A model generated the notes under the pieces. It worked only from the letters and a program-made list of their open reading frames with translations, was not told where the DNA came from and ran no database searches. A program made the translations under genes and the position numbers. Positions 43,550 to 52,036 of a DNA stretch of 52,036 bases are shown here, piece by piece; the first letter of the stretch is position 1; each line of letters starts with the position of its first letter. The stretch spans positions 1 to 52,036 of the forward strand of contig JAFDHQ010000002.1 of assembly GCA_019308685.1 (NCBI GenBank), in the 5' to 3' direction. Source of the stretch: Deltaproteobacteria bacterium (lineage in GTDB: Bacteria; Desulfobacterota; Desulfobacteria; Desulfobacterales; UBA11574).

Positions 43550-44221
43550 TCATATGTACATGAGATTGGCTTCCAACTCATCTCCTTTCAGCCGGATCAG
43601 CACATACCCCCCCATACATAACATACCCGGATTCAACACCTTTGTTTTACCGATAAAATCTTCGGACTCCGCTTCATGAATATGACCCGTTAGACAGATA
43701 TCCGGCTGGACACGCCGGATAAATTCCAGCACGGACCGGTTACCCACATTTTCTCCGGAAGGAAGATCGGCTGCTTTTGATCCAAAGGGCGGATCATGGG
43801 CCACGAGAATCAGTTTCGGCAGATGTTTAATGTGTTCATACCCCTGGTTTAACCACTGTGCCAGCTTGGCGTCGGGGACTTCGGAAGGGGTCATAAAAGG
43901 AGTGGGTGTAGAATATCCCACCCCCATAATACCGATATCCTCGGTGAGTTGTTTCCCCTTTGCATGGATATTCCATCCCTTTTCATCTAAATAAGAAGTG
44001 ATCTCAGCATGATCCATATTGCCTATCTGGGCATAAATATTTGGATTAATCCTAAAAACCACCTCGAGCAGCTTACTTGCCCTGGGTATGCCACCTCTGT
44101 TGGTTATGTCACCGCTGATGATCACACCGTCTGCATCGGCAAGATCGGGTATTTCATCAACCAGTGAAAGATCTTCATGAATATCACCGAATCCTATCCA
44201 GAATTTTTCGTTTGCGCTCAT
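43550..44221 (-). CDS. Calcineurin-like metallophosphoesterase
   Basis: GDIHE, GDITNRG, GNMD, HDPP and GHIHE motifs. The ATG at 44221 is preferred because the longer ORF overlaps the larB 3' end. Confidence 0.8.
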   Translation of the reverse strand: MSANEKFWIGFGDIHEDLSLVDEIPDLADADGVIISGDITNRGGIPRASKLLEVVFRINPNIYAQIGNMDHAEITSYLDEKGWNIHAKGKQLTEDIGIMGVGYSTPTPFMTPSEVPDAKLAQWLNQGYEHIKHLPKLILVAHDPPFGSKAADLPSGENVGNRSVLEFIRRVQPDICLTGHIHEAESEDFIGKTKVLNPGMLCMGGYVLIRLKGDELEANLMYI

Positions 44222-44237
44222 GGAACAATCCCTTTTC

Positions 44238-44987
44238 TTATATTCTATTGATGATAGCGGCCATATACCCGGCCCCAAATCCATTATCGATATTTACAAC
44301 AGCAACATTTGAACTGCAGCTGTTTAACATGGAAAAAAGAGCGGTTAAACCACCCAGGCTGGTGCCATAGCCTACGCTTGTCGGAACGGCTATCACCGGT
44401 CGGCTGACCATTCCTGCAACCACGCTGGGAAGCGCACCTTCCATTCCTGCTACCACAACAAGGACGGAAGCCCGATCGATTAATTTTTTATGGTTGAACA
44501 ACCGGTGAATACCGGCAACCCCCACATCAAAAACAGATTCTACCGGGTTTCCCATAGCCTGCGCCGTAAGAAATGCCTCTTTGGCAACCGGTATGTCTGA
44601 TGTCCCGGCTGAAATGACAACTATGGTTCCTTTGCTCTGTATGGGGATTTCATGTTTTCTCCAGACAACCATCTTTGCATCTTTATGATATTCTGCCTCG
44701 GGAAAACGTGAAACCACTTGATCCGCCTGATGGGCATCTATGCGAGTAACCAAAACGACTTTTTCCTGGACCAGCATTTTTTCCATGATACCGATAATCT
44801 GTTCGGCCGTCTTTTTCTGCCCAAAGATAACTTCAGGAAATCCCTTTCGCAGTGAGCGGTGATGGTCTATATGTGCATAGTCAAGATCCTCAAATGACAG
44901 GTGCTTGAGTTTTCGGGCGGCATTTTGGACAGATATTTTGCCTGAGGCAACATTACCGAGGATCTGATTTAAGGATTCAATATCCAT
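44238..44987 (-). CDS. larB: LarB-type (PurE-like) nickel-pincer cofactor biosynthesis carboxylase/hydrolase
   Basis: N-terminal extension plus a PurE-like core: VVISAGTSDIPVAKEA, VGVAGIHRL and VVVAGMEGALPSVVAGMV...VIAVPTSVGYG. Confidence 0.75.
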   Translation of the reverse strand: MDIESLNQILGNVASGKISVQNAARKLKHLSFEDLDYAHIDHHRSLRKGFPEVIFGQKKTAEQIIGIMEKMLVQEKVVLVTRIDAHQADQVVSRFPEAEYHKDAKMVVWRKHEIPIQSKGTIVVISAGTSDIPVAKEAFLTAQAMGNPVESVFDVGVAGIHRLFNHKKLIDRASVLVVVAGMEGALPSVVAGMVSRPVIAVPTSVGYGTSLGGLTALFSMLNSCSSNVAVVNIDNGFGAGYMAAIINRI

Positions 44988-45010
44988 GATATAATTTCCT
45001 TTTTAAAAAC

Positions 45011-45190
45011 CTAACGTGTCACCTTTTTTCTTGGTTTTTTTTCTTTATATAAAAGGCACTCACGATGAGAATTGACGCGCACTTCTATTGAAGGAAGTCG
45101 TTTGGATTTAAATTTCATGGCCCTACAGCCATGAGGAAAGTTCTTGTCCCAGGTAACATAGTAGTGTTCACATTTATGACAGTCTATCAT
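45011..45190 (-). CDS. Small Cys-rich protein (59 aa), just below the ORF-track length cutoff
   Basis: Hand translation: MIDCHKCEHYYVTWDKNFPHGCRAMKFKSKRLPSIEVRVNSHRECLLYKEKKPRKKVTR*. It ends 23 nt upstream of larB on the same strand. Confidence 0.45.
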   Translation of the reverse strand: MIDCHKCEHYYVTWDKNFPHGCRAMKFKSKRLPSIEVRVNSHRECLLYKEKKPRKKVTR

Positions 45191-45282
45191 TTGCTGAACT
45201 CGGAGCCCACTAAAAAATGTTGATTTTTACAACATATAATAATAAGCATAAGAAATCAAATGATAATCATAGAGGTGATTCA

Positions 45283-45666
45283 ATGGACGATAGAAGAAAA
45301 TTTATACGTTTTCCGGTAAGGCTCAGTGCTCGGTATTCAAAAGAGAACCAAGATAAATGGAATCAGTGTTCCATCATAAATATCAGCCGGGAGGGTATGG
45401 GGGTTGTTGCATTCTTGAAGGAGAAAATCCGTTCGGGTTCTATTCTAAATTTAATGATAGATGTTCCGGGAAAAAAGGCATCGGTTTTTGTATCCGGGAC
45501 TCTGACTTGGATTAAAGCGCTTGAGGGAGATCCGGAGTTTAGTTATAAAAGCGGCATTCAAATTATCACCATAGATTCTGAAGACAAGTGGATACTGCTT
45601 GATTATTCTTATGAGGCATGGAAAGAGGGTAGGGAGGGGGATAAGACTTGCGATACCGTTAAGTAG
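45283..45666 (+). CDS. PilZ domain protein
   Basis: RRKFIRF (RxxxR) and NISREGMG (NxSxxG). RBS AGAGGTGA precedes the ATG at 45283. Confidence 0.7.
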   Translation: MDDRRKFIRFPVRLSARYSKENQDKWNQCSIINISREGMGVVAFLKEKIRSGSILNLMIDVPGKKASVFVSGTLTWIKALEGDPEFSYKSGIQIITIDSEDKWILLDYSYEAWKEGREGDKTCDTVK

Positions 45667-45679
45667 CCCAAGAGCTTCT

Positions 45680-45889
45680 TTACGGATCAGCCTTTCTTCT
45701 ATCAGGAATCACTCTCCGATCATTTTTAATAGAAAGACTTACAAAAACACCATCCCTGACACTTTGCCGGCGGTCACGTTTGTTTTTACGTTTTTCCTTG
45801 AAACGAACATTTCTTCTACGTGAAAAAACAGTATCTTTGTTTGATCCGCCCTTTTTAGTCGGATGAATTTTCCCAACGACGATATCCAC
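45680..45889 (-). CDS. Small highly basic protein with DRR repeats
   Basis: GTG start preceded by AGGAGA at 7 nt. The sequence ...KNKRDRRQSVRDG...NDRRVIPDRRKADP* shows no recognised family. Confidence 0.45.
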   Translation of the reverse strand: MDIVVGKIHPTKKGGSNKDTVFSRRRNVRFKEKRKNKRDRRQSVRDGVFVSLSIKNDRRVIPDRRKADP

Positions 45890-46142
45890 AACTATTTCTC
45901 CTATTGTTTTAATACCTTATTTATATTTTCGGCACATACCGTCAAATACTTTAGGCGTTTATTCCCTGAATCTTTCGTGCAAGATTCGGGGAATAAAACA
46001 AAATCTTGTGGATATTACATGAGTTTTTACGATGTCGTTGCGGATCATTCATGGAGCGGTTAAATTAAAAAAGCTTCTCGACCCCTGATCTATTTAAATC
46101 GAGCGATAATATTTTCGAAAATATAGCATGTTGCCATTAAAC

Positions 46143-46607
46143 TTATTCCTTCTCTAAACATACGGTAATTGTAAAGCTCCCGGCGTCGGTTTTGAAAGGG
46201 ATGGCTATCCTGGGGCCTTTTGTCAACGATTCGAGCTTATGGTTTTTTCCGGTAATTACCGAGGGGATGGCGCCATGAAACAGTTTGCCCATTTCCTCCA
46301 ATTCTTTTCTTGCCTGTCCGGATATCATGTTGGTTATTTCACCCACAGCATCTGAAACCTCATCGTTTAATTCATTGATTTCCTCTCCGAACATGCTTGA
46401 AACAATTTTCAATATGCATAATTCATCAAAGGTAACGGAAACCGTCCCATTTGTTTCGCCGGTAAACCCGATAACCCCGGAAACATCACCTTTCGCAACA
46501 TTATCTTTTTTAAGGTAAGGCTTTCCTGCTTCGGATTTGGTAAATGCCATTGTTTCAAGAACATTCATGGTCGCATTGATAAATGGATTAACCATTTTTA
46601 CATCCAT
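46143..46607 (-). CDS. cheX: CheX/CheC-family chemotaxis phosphatase-like protein
   Basis: 154 aa. DAVGEITNMISGQARKELEEMGKLFHGAIP approximates the D/S-x3-E-x2-N-x22-P motif (21 residues counted by hand). N-terminal VNPFINATMNVLETM. Confidence 0.7.
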   Translation of the reverse strand: MDVKMVNPFINATMNVLETMAFTKSEAGKPYLKKDNVAKGDVSGVIGFTGETNGTVSVTFDELCILKIVSSMFGEEINELNDEVSDAVGEITNMISGQARKELEEMGKLFHGAIPSVITGKNHKLESLTKGPRIAIPFKTDAGSFTITVCLEKE

Positions 46608-46658
46608 TCTTTATCTCCCTTTTTGATTTATAAAAGCAAGTCATCTATTTCCGGATCT

Positions 46659-47355
46659 TTACTGAACGTCCTTTTCAATAATTTTTTCGGGGTTGGGTTT
46701 TAAATTCCCCATACCCTTTGCCTGGTTGTTTAACTTTTTTTCAACAGATTCTATTTTATCTTCAAGATTACTTGTTATTTTACGTAAAGCAAGCTGGTAC
46801 GCTTCCTGCTGGTTCTTCAGCAAGATATCAACAGCTTTTCGGTCAACCTTGACCGATTTAAGAACGTCGATATCGGTCTTCCAAACCTCCGGGCAGCGGA
46901 GATAATTTTTTTTCGATGGTTGCTATGGCGGCCCCCATTTTTTTATTGTCTGCTTTTCTGGCGGACCTAATGTATTTTATAGCGGTCGTGGCTTTGTTCA
47001 GGTTTGCCTGTATAGAAGCGGCACTCTTTTCAATGGCCTCAATTTTTTTACTAAGGGTATCTTCAAGATTGGCTTGTCGAAGGGAAAGAGATGAGAATTT
47101 TGATTGGAGTTCTTTAGAAAGGGCCTTAACCCCCATGCTTCCGGTACTGTCCGTTCTGGAGATACTTTTTTTTAAATCCAAATAACCAGCAATAGCTATT
47201 AAAAATATCAAACATGGGATGAGAATCGAAATACGGTTGATACGCTTGCTTAGCTTTTCGACCCGAAGATCGTGGATGTCTTCTTGAGACTTGAAATCCT
47301 CCGGTTCATCATCATCGATACGCATTTTGAATTTGGAATCTTCATTGGTTGTCAT
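46659..47355 (-). CDS. TM-anchored coiled-coil protein, interrupted by a +1 frameshift in an A8/T8 run (as-sequenced ORF 46858..47355)
   Basis: After the T8 run at 46906-46913 an 82-codon stop-free extension (...NYLRCPEVWKTDIDVLKSVKVDRKAVDILLKNQQEAYQLALRKITSNLEDKIESVEKKLNNQAKG...DVQ*) continues in the -1 frame to the stop at 46659-46661. Confidence 0.55.
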
Positions 47356-47361
47356 CTTTAT

Positions 47362-48891
47362 TTATTCCCACTCGATTGTACTCGGCGGTTTAGAACTGAT
47401 ATCATAAACGACTCTGTTAACGCCAACAACTTCATTGATGATTCGGTTTGATATGTGACCAAGAAATTTGTGAGGCAGCCTGGCCCAATCCGCCGTCATT
47501 GCGTCTTTGCTGGTTACCGCCCGAATAGCCACAATGTTTTCATAGGTTCGACTGTCTCCCATAACACCCACGCTTTTTATGGGCAGGAGCACGGCGAAAG
47601 ATTGCCATAATTTTTTATAATATCCACTAGTCCTAATTTCTTCAAGCAAAATTTCATCCACATCTCTTAATATTGAAAGGCGTCTTTTTTTAATTTCTCC
47701 GATAATTCTTATTGCAAGACCCGGTCCTGGAAACGGTTGACGCCATATCAGGTTTTCATCAAGTCCCAGTTCCTTGCCCAGGATGCGCACTTCATCCTTA
47801 AATAAATACTTTAAAGGTTCAACAAGTTTCAATTTCATATTTTTTGGAAGGCCGCCGACATTGTGATGTGATTTGATGACCGATGTGGGACCGCCAAAGG
47901 CAGATTGAGACTCAATGATATCCGGGTAGAGGGTCCCCTGGGCCAAAAATTCGGCGCCTTTTATCTTTCTGGCTTCGGCTTCAAAGACATTCATAAAGAT
48001 TTTACCGATAATTTTCCTCTTTTTTTCCGGATCGGTTACTTTAGAGAGTGCTTTTAAAAATTGGATTTTGGCGCTTACAAACCGGATATTGATGTTAAGA
48101 TGTTGTTTAAACGTTTTTTTGAGTTTTTCGGCTTCATCTTTTCTAAGCAGCCCGTTATCCACGAATATGCACGTAAGATTTTTTCCCACAGCCTTGTGAA
48201 TCAATATCGCTGTAACAGAAGAGTCAACCCCGCCGCTTAAACCCAGAATGACTTTTTTATCTCCAATGGTTTCCCTTATTTGAGCAATCGAATCTTTGGC
48301 AAAGGACTTCATCGTCCACGTACGTTTGCAGCCGCACACGTCAAAAAGAAAGTTGCGAAGCATTGCTTTGCCCTTGGGCGTATGATGGACTTCAGGGTGA
48401 AACTGGAAACCGTAGAGATTTTTTTTGACATGGGCTGTTGCAGCTATTTTCGTATTTTTAGTGGAAGCGGTTATTCTAAAACCGCGCGGCAGCTTTTCTA
48501 TTGAATCCCCATGGCTCATCCAGGTCTTTGTTGTTTCATCCACACCTTTAAACAGGCCTGTCTGTGTTTTTACTTTAAGCGCTGCAAAGCCGTATTCACG
48601 CTTTCGGGCTCTTTTAACCGTTCCACCGAGAGCGTTAATCATAAACTGCATACCATAACAGATTCCAAGAACCGGAATGCCGAGATTAAAAATCGATTCA
48701 TCGCATTTTGGGCTGTTTTTTTCATAAATGCTTGAAGGTCCTCCGGAGAGAATAATCCCTTTGGGTTTCAGGCTGTTGATATGGGCAATGTCAATATCCG
48801 GCGGATCAATCTGACAGTATACATGAAACTCTCGAACCCGGCGGGCGATAAGCTGGTTATATTGTGAACCAAAATCTATTATGAGTATCAT
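47362..48891 (-). CDS. guaA: GMP synthase (glutamine-hydrolysing)
   Basis: GATase GICYGMQ and HPEV, PP-loop SGGVDSS, and C-terminal SKPPSTIEWE. Confidence 0.96.
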   Translation of the reverse strand: MILIIDFGSQYNQLIARRVREFHVYCQIDPPDIDIAHINSLKPKGIILSGGPSSIYEKNSPKCDESIFNLGIPVLGICYGMQFMINALGGTVKRARKREYGFAALKVKTQTGLFKGVDETTKTWMSHGDSIEKLPRGFRITASTKNTKIAATAHVKKNLYGFQFHPEVHHTPKGKAMLRNFLFDVCGCKRTWTMKSFAKDSIAQIRETIGDKKVILGLSGGVDSSVTAILIHKAVGKNLTCIFVDNGLLRKDEAEKLKKTFKQHLNINIRFVSAKIQFLKALSKVTDPEKKRKIIGKIFMNVFEAEARKIKGAEFLAQGTLYPDIIESQSAFGGPTSVIKSHHNVGGLPKNMKLKLVEPLKYLFKDEVRILGKELGLDENLIWRQPFPGPGLAIRIIGEIKKRRLSILRDVDEILLEEIRTSGYYKKLWQSFAVLLPIKSVGVMGDSRTYENIVAIRAVTSKDAMTADWARLPHKFLGHISNRIINEVVGVNRVVYDISSKPPSTIEWE

Positions 48892-48983
48892 AAGTTTGAT
48901 CTCTTAAACAATTTGCGAAAACATATTGAATATGTTAGAAGCGGTCGAAAAAGTCAACTCATATAGTTAAATTTTTAAAACAG

Positions 48984-49781
48984 ATGAACAAAATTATTAC
49001 CCAAATTTATGAGGTGCAGACACCTTCCGAGGCTGAAAAGCTGGTATCGCTCGGAGTGGATCATATGGGCAGTGTTATTGTTTCTATCGAGGAATGGAAA
49101 GTTCCTTTGATAAAGAATGCCATCGATACGATTAATGGCTCAGGTACCCTGAGCAGCTTGATACCGCTGTTTAGCGACATCAATACAATACTCTCTGTAA
49201 TTGATTATTATACCCCTGACATTGTCCATTTTTGTGAAGCATTAACCTTTCAAGATGATGTTTCCGGAACATATAATGGACTTTTATTATTACAGGAGAA
49301 TGTTAAAAAAAGATTCCCCGAGATTAAAATTATGCGGTCCATTCCCATACCGCAATGCGGGCTGGCTGACCCTACGGATACTATTGAACTGGCAAGGCTG
49401 TTCGAGCCGGTAAGCGATTATTTTTTAACAGACACCTTAATTGTAGAAAAATCCGGATCTCTTTCCGAACATCAGCCGGTCAGGGGTTTTGTCGGAATAA
49501 CCGGCCGGACCTGCGATTGGGATGTGGCTGCAAAGCTGGTTAAGTCGAGCGGTATTCCTGTGATATTGGCAGGGGGTATTACGCCCGATAATGTGTTTGA
49601 TGGAATTATGAGCGTTCGTCCAGCAGGAGTTGACAGTTGTACCGGGACCAATGCTGTGGATTCGAAAGGGAATTTAATCAGATTCAAAAAGGACTTTGGC
49701 AAAGTAAAAAGATTTGTTGATGAAACCCGTAAGGCGGAAAGGGCTATTGGACGCAGACCCACACGGCAGGCGGATTTGTGA
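48984..49781 (+). CDS. Phosphoribosylanthranilate isomerase (TrpF)-like TIM-barrel protein
   Basis: The N-terminal ITQIYEVQTPSEAEKLVSLGVDHMG and C-terminal GITGRTCDWDV...ILAGGITPDNV...PAGVDSCTGTN follow the TrpF pattern. It is longer than typical TrpF. Confidence 0.5.
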   Translation: MNKIITQIYEVQTPSEAEKLVSLGVDHMGSVIVSIEEWKVPLIKNAIDTINGSGTLSSLIPLFSDINTILSVIDYYTPDIVHFCEALTFQDDVSGTYNGLLLLQENVKKRFPEIKIMRSIPIPQCGLADPTDTIELARLFEPVSDYFLTDTLIVEKSGSLSEHQPVRGFVGITGRTCDWDVAAKLVKSSGIPVILAGGITPDNVFDGIMSVRPAGVDSCTGTNAVDSKGNLIRFKKDFGKVKRFVDETRKAERAIGRRPTRQADL

Positions 49782-49823
49782 AAACCTGTGGCCCCAATGA
49801 TTAAATTAAAGGAGTTGTAATTT

Positions 49824-50309
49824 ATGTATGAAAGCAGCGATTTGAGAAAAGGTCTTAAAATCGAGATTGATGGAGATCCATATGTTGTTGTACAATTTGA
49901 ATTCGTCAAACCGGGCAATAAATTTAACCCGGCAAACCTTGAAGAACTTGAATTGCAATATCTTTACACAGACGGTTTTCAATACTGTTTTATGAATACG
50001 TCAACTTATGTCCAGGACTACCTCACCAAAGATCAGTTGGGCGATTCCATAAATTTTTTAAAGGAAAACACGGTTTGCAATGTTCTTTTTTTCCAGGAAA
50101 GGCCTATCGGTATTACATTGCCCAATTTTGTCAATTTAAGAATTGCCCAGGCAGAGGTTTGGGCAAAAGGGGATACCGCTACCGGTAGCACAAAGCCGGC
50201 AACACTTGAGACGGGTTACGTGGTTCAGGTTCCTCCATTTGTTGAGGAAGGTGAACTTGTTCGGATCGATACCAGAACCGGAGAGTATGTGGAGCGTGTA
50301 AAAGAATAA
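49824..50309 (+). CDS. efp: Elongation factor P, 161 aa, apparently lacking about 26 residues of domain I
   Basis: SDLRKGLKIEIDGDPYVVVQFEFVKPG... and ...KGDTATGSTKPATLETGYVVQVPPFV...RIDTRTGEYVERV are canonical. KPG is followed directly by NKFNPANLEELELQYLY. Confidence 0.85.
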   Translation: MYESSDLRKGLKIEIDGDPYVVVQFEFVKPGNKFNPANLEELELQYLYTDGFQYCFMNTSTYVQDYLTKDQLGDSINFLKENTVCNVLFFQERPIGITLPNFVNLRIAQAEVWAKGDTATGSTKPATLETGYVVQVPPFVEEGELVRIDTRTGEYVERVKE

Positions 50310-50551
50310 AAAATTAATACCTCAACTGAGCGAAAATCAAGGAGGTCTCATATTCACCTGATAACTGGATCTTCGCTTCACCAAGAGCGGCATCCCATAT
50401 ACCATTTGGGTAAAACTTAACATGATATGATGTTATATAAACCGGTTTAAATAACTCACCTAAAGATTCTCATTAATTTTATGATATATGTTTAAAACAA
50501 TGATTGGTTTCAGGTTTTGCTCATGGTAAGAGATAACAAGGAGTCTATCTG

Positions 50552-51403
50552 ATGGAGAATTTTGAATATTCTGTGTTGCATCCCACCGATTTCTCAGAAG
50601 CCAGTGAACTTGCTTTCGCACACGCGCTGAGGTTAGCACTTTTGCTCGGAACAAAATTTACAATTTTTCACAGTAGGGACCGAAAGGACACAGCAAATAA
50701 CTGGCATTTATTTCCGGCCGTGCGTGCCACTCTTGAGCGGTGGGGCTTCCTTAAGGAAGGAATGTCGCGATCAGAAGCTTTTCATGAGTTGGGAATAGAA
50801 ATTCAAAAAGTGGACGTGTCCGGTCTGAGTCCAATGGCTGAGATCTTCAATTACACAGATAGTCATCCTGTTGATCTAATCGTGCTTGCCACGCACGCTC
50901 ACGAATGTCTTGATTGGTGTATACAGGGAAATGACATTGAAAAGCTGGTGAGGCAACTGGCAAAGGACACTTTATTTGTTCCTGAGGGAGTACAGGGCTT
51001 CGTGTCTCCAAAAGATGGAAATGTATCTCTCAAAAACATCCTGATTCCGGTGGATAGAGAACCCCATCCGGAATCAGCAATAAAGGACGGGGCGGCGTTA
51101 GCCAAAGCAATTGGAGAAGATTTGATAAACCTTTCGCTCATCCATGTCGGAAATTCTGAAAAAATGCCGGTGTTTAATTTGCCTGAGGATCCTCGGTTTA
51201 GATGGAATCAGGTTTATCGCAAGGGTCAAGTGGCTGATGAAATTATCGCTGTTGCAAATGAGGTACATGCTGACCTGATTGTTTTGCCTATCCATGGTCG
51301 CCAAGGATTTCTAGATGTGCTCCGTGGCAGTATTACGAAACAAGTTTTACAAAACACTCCGTGCCCGGTTTTAGCCATTGCTGATTCTTCAGAAGATGGA
51401 TAG
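50552..51403 (+). CDS. Tandem universal stress protein (UspA) domain protein
   Basis: Two USP-like halves, VLHPTDFSEASELAFAHAL...DLIVLATH and ILIPVDREP...DLIVLPIHGRQGFLDVLRGSITKQVLQNTPCPVLAI. Confidence 0.75.
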   Translation: MENFEYSVLHPTDFSEASELAFAHALRLALLLGTKFTIFHSRDRKDTANNWHLFPAVRATLERWGFLKEGMSRSEAFHELGIEIQKVDVSGLSPMAEIFNYTDSHPVDLIVLATHAHECLDWCIQGNDIEKLVRQLAKDTLFVPEGVQGFVSPKDGNVSLKNILIPVDREPHPESAIKDGAALAKAIGEDLINLSLIHVGNSEKMPVFNLPEDPRFRWNQVYRKGQVADEIIAVANEVHADLIVLPIHGRQGFLDVLRGSITKQVLQNTPCPVLAIADSSEDG

Positions 51404-51785
51404 GGGGAAAGCGCTCATTCAGAAGTTGATCGAACCCACACTGTTTTTTGATATGACTACTGACCGCTATTAAAGAAGTGTGCACTCCTTTATCATTCAA
51501 GAACCTGTAAGCATCATGAAACCAAAAACCTTGCCATACAGAGCCGTTACTGACATTGTTCGCGTAACATTTCGTTTTTGCACATTTAAATAGGCATCCC
51601 CCATTATTTTTAAAAATAATAAATAATTGGCTTGCTTTCTTTCTAAATAAAGATTATCATAAACGCAATCAATTGAGTCCTGTTTCATCTGTGGGACGGT
51701 TTCTTTCTGAAGGAAAAATCCATATGTCAAAGTGGCACCCTCCAGTTTGCGACGTTGAAAATTTTTAAGAAAGGAGGATGTTATC

Positions 51786-51986
51786 ATGGCCAATGGAACT
51801 GTTAAGTGGTTTAATGACCATAAAGGGTTCGGATTCATTGAGCAGGAAGATGGGCCGGATGTGTTTGTTCATCATTCAGGAATCAATGCAGACGGTTTTA
51901 AATCCCTCAATGAAGGTGACCGGGTTTCCTTTGACATAGAGCAAGGACAAAAAGGTCCTGCCGCTGCAAATGTAACCGTGATTTAA
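51786..51986 (+). CDS. cspA: Cold-shock protein (CspA family)
   Basis: [15 protein letters not shown] (RNP1) and DVFVHH (RNP2). RBS AAGGAGG. The long upstream untranslated region is typical of csp genes. Confidence 0.95.
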   Translation: MANGTVKWFNDHKGFGFIEQEDGPDVFVHHSGINADGFKSLNEGDRVSFDIEQGQKGPAAANVTVI

Positions 51987-52036
51987 CCTTATGTTCTGAA
52001 TAAAAAGGGCATTCCTTCTAATATTGAGGGGATGCC

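Noticed and set aside
51497-51838. 113-aa minus-strand ORF
   Set aside because: It overlaps the cspA start and its long 5' UTR. It has no RBS and no recognisable family, so it is likely spurious.

Overview
This 52-kb chromosomal window looks by gene content like a Desulfobacterota (Desulfobacterales-like) genome; that taxonomic guess is inference only. Most of it is housekeeping.

**Housekeeping content**
- A lipoylation and glycine-cleavage block: lipA-lipB-hydrolase-gcvPB-gcvPA-gcvH on the minus strand. It diverges from a single 883-codon ORF that fuses aminomethyltransferase (GcvT) to a serine-hydroxymethyltransferase-like domain.
- A five-gene Liv-type amino-acid ABC transporter, argC, a TRAP transporter (dctPQM) and folD.
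- An M23 peptidase, secA, and the N-end-rule trio clpS-clpA-aat.
- An adenosine-specific-kinase-family gene, larB with a metallophosphoesterase, two PilZ proteins and cheX.
- guaA, a TrpF-like gene, efp, a tandem-USP gene and cspA.

**Accessory block (about 29.5-42.5 kb)**
- This is a tightly coupled type IV filament cluster, MSHA/T2SS-like.
- It starts with a sigma54-type promoter and a 224-aa prepilin, followed by three poorly recognisable bitopic assembly proteins.
- It continues with a lipoprotein secretin, a TPR protein, and an ExeA/MshM-like ATPase with a peptidoglycan-binding tail.
- The motor is an MshE-like ATPase carrying two intact MshEN c-di-GMP-binding motifs, followed by a GspF/PilC platform protein.
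- It ends with a roughly 900-aa prepilin fused to a Cys/Asp-rich module, Ig-like repeats and two LamG domains.
- No prepilin peptidase, retraction ATPase or minor-pilin set is visible in the window.

**Small lesions in otherwise recognisable genes**
- Exact tandem duplications of 23, 13, 20 and 5 bp.
- One extra base in a T8 run.
- An apparent 26-codon in-frame loss in efp.

**Non-coding features**
- Two structured-RNA candidates: a 6S-like hairpin downstream of folD and a roughly 170-nt secA leader.
- A 263-bp imperfect palindrome between the divergent gcv operons.
- A dispersed CAAATTCCAAAT-type intergenic repeat family.
- Two small DRR-repeat proteins and one unlisted 59-aa Cys-rich ORF.

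No rRNA, tRNA, CRISPR array, transposase or integrase was seen.
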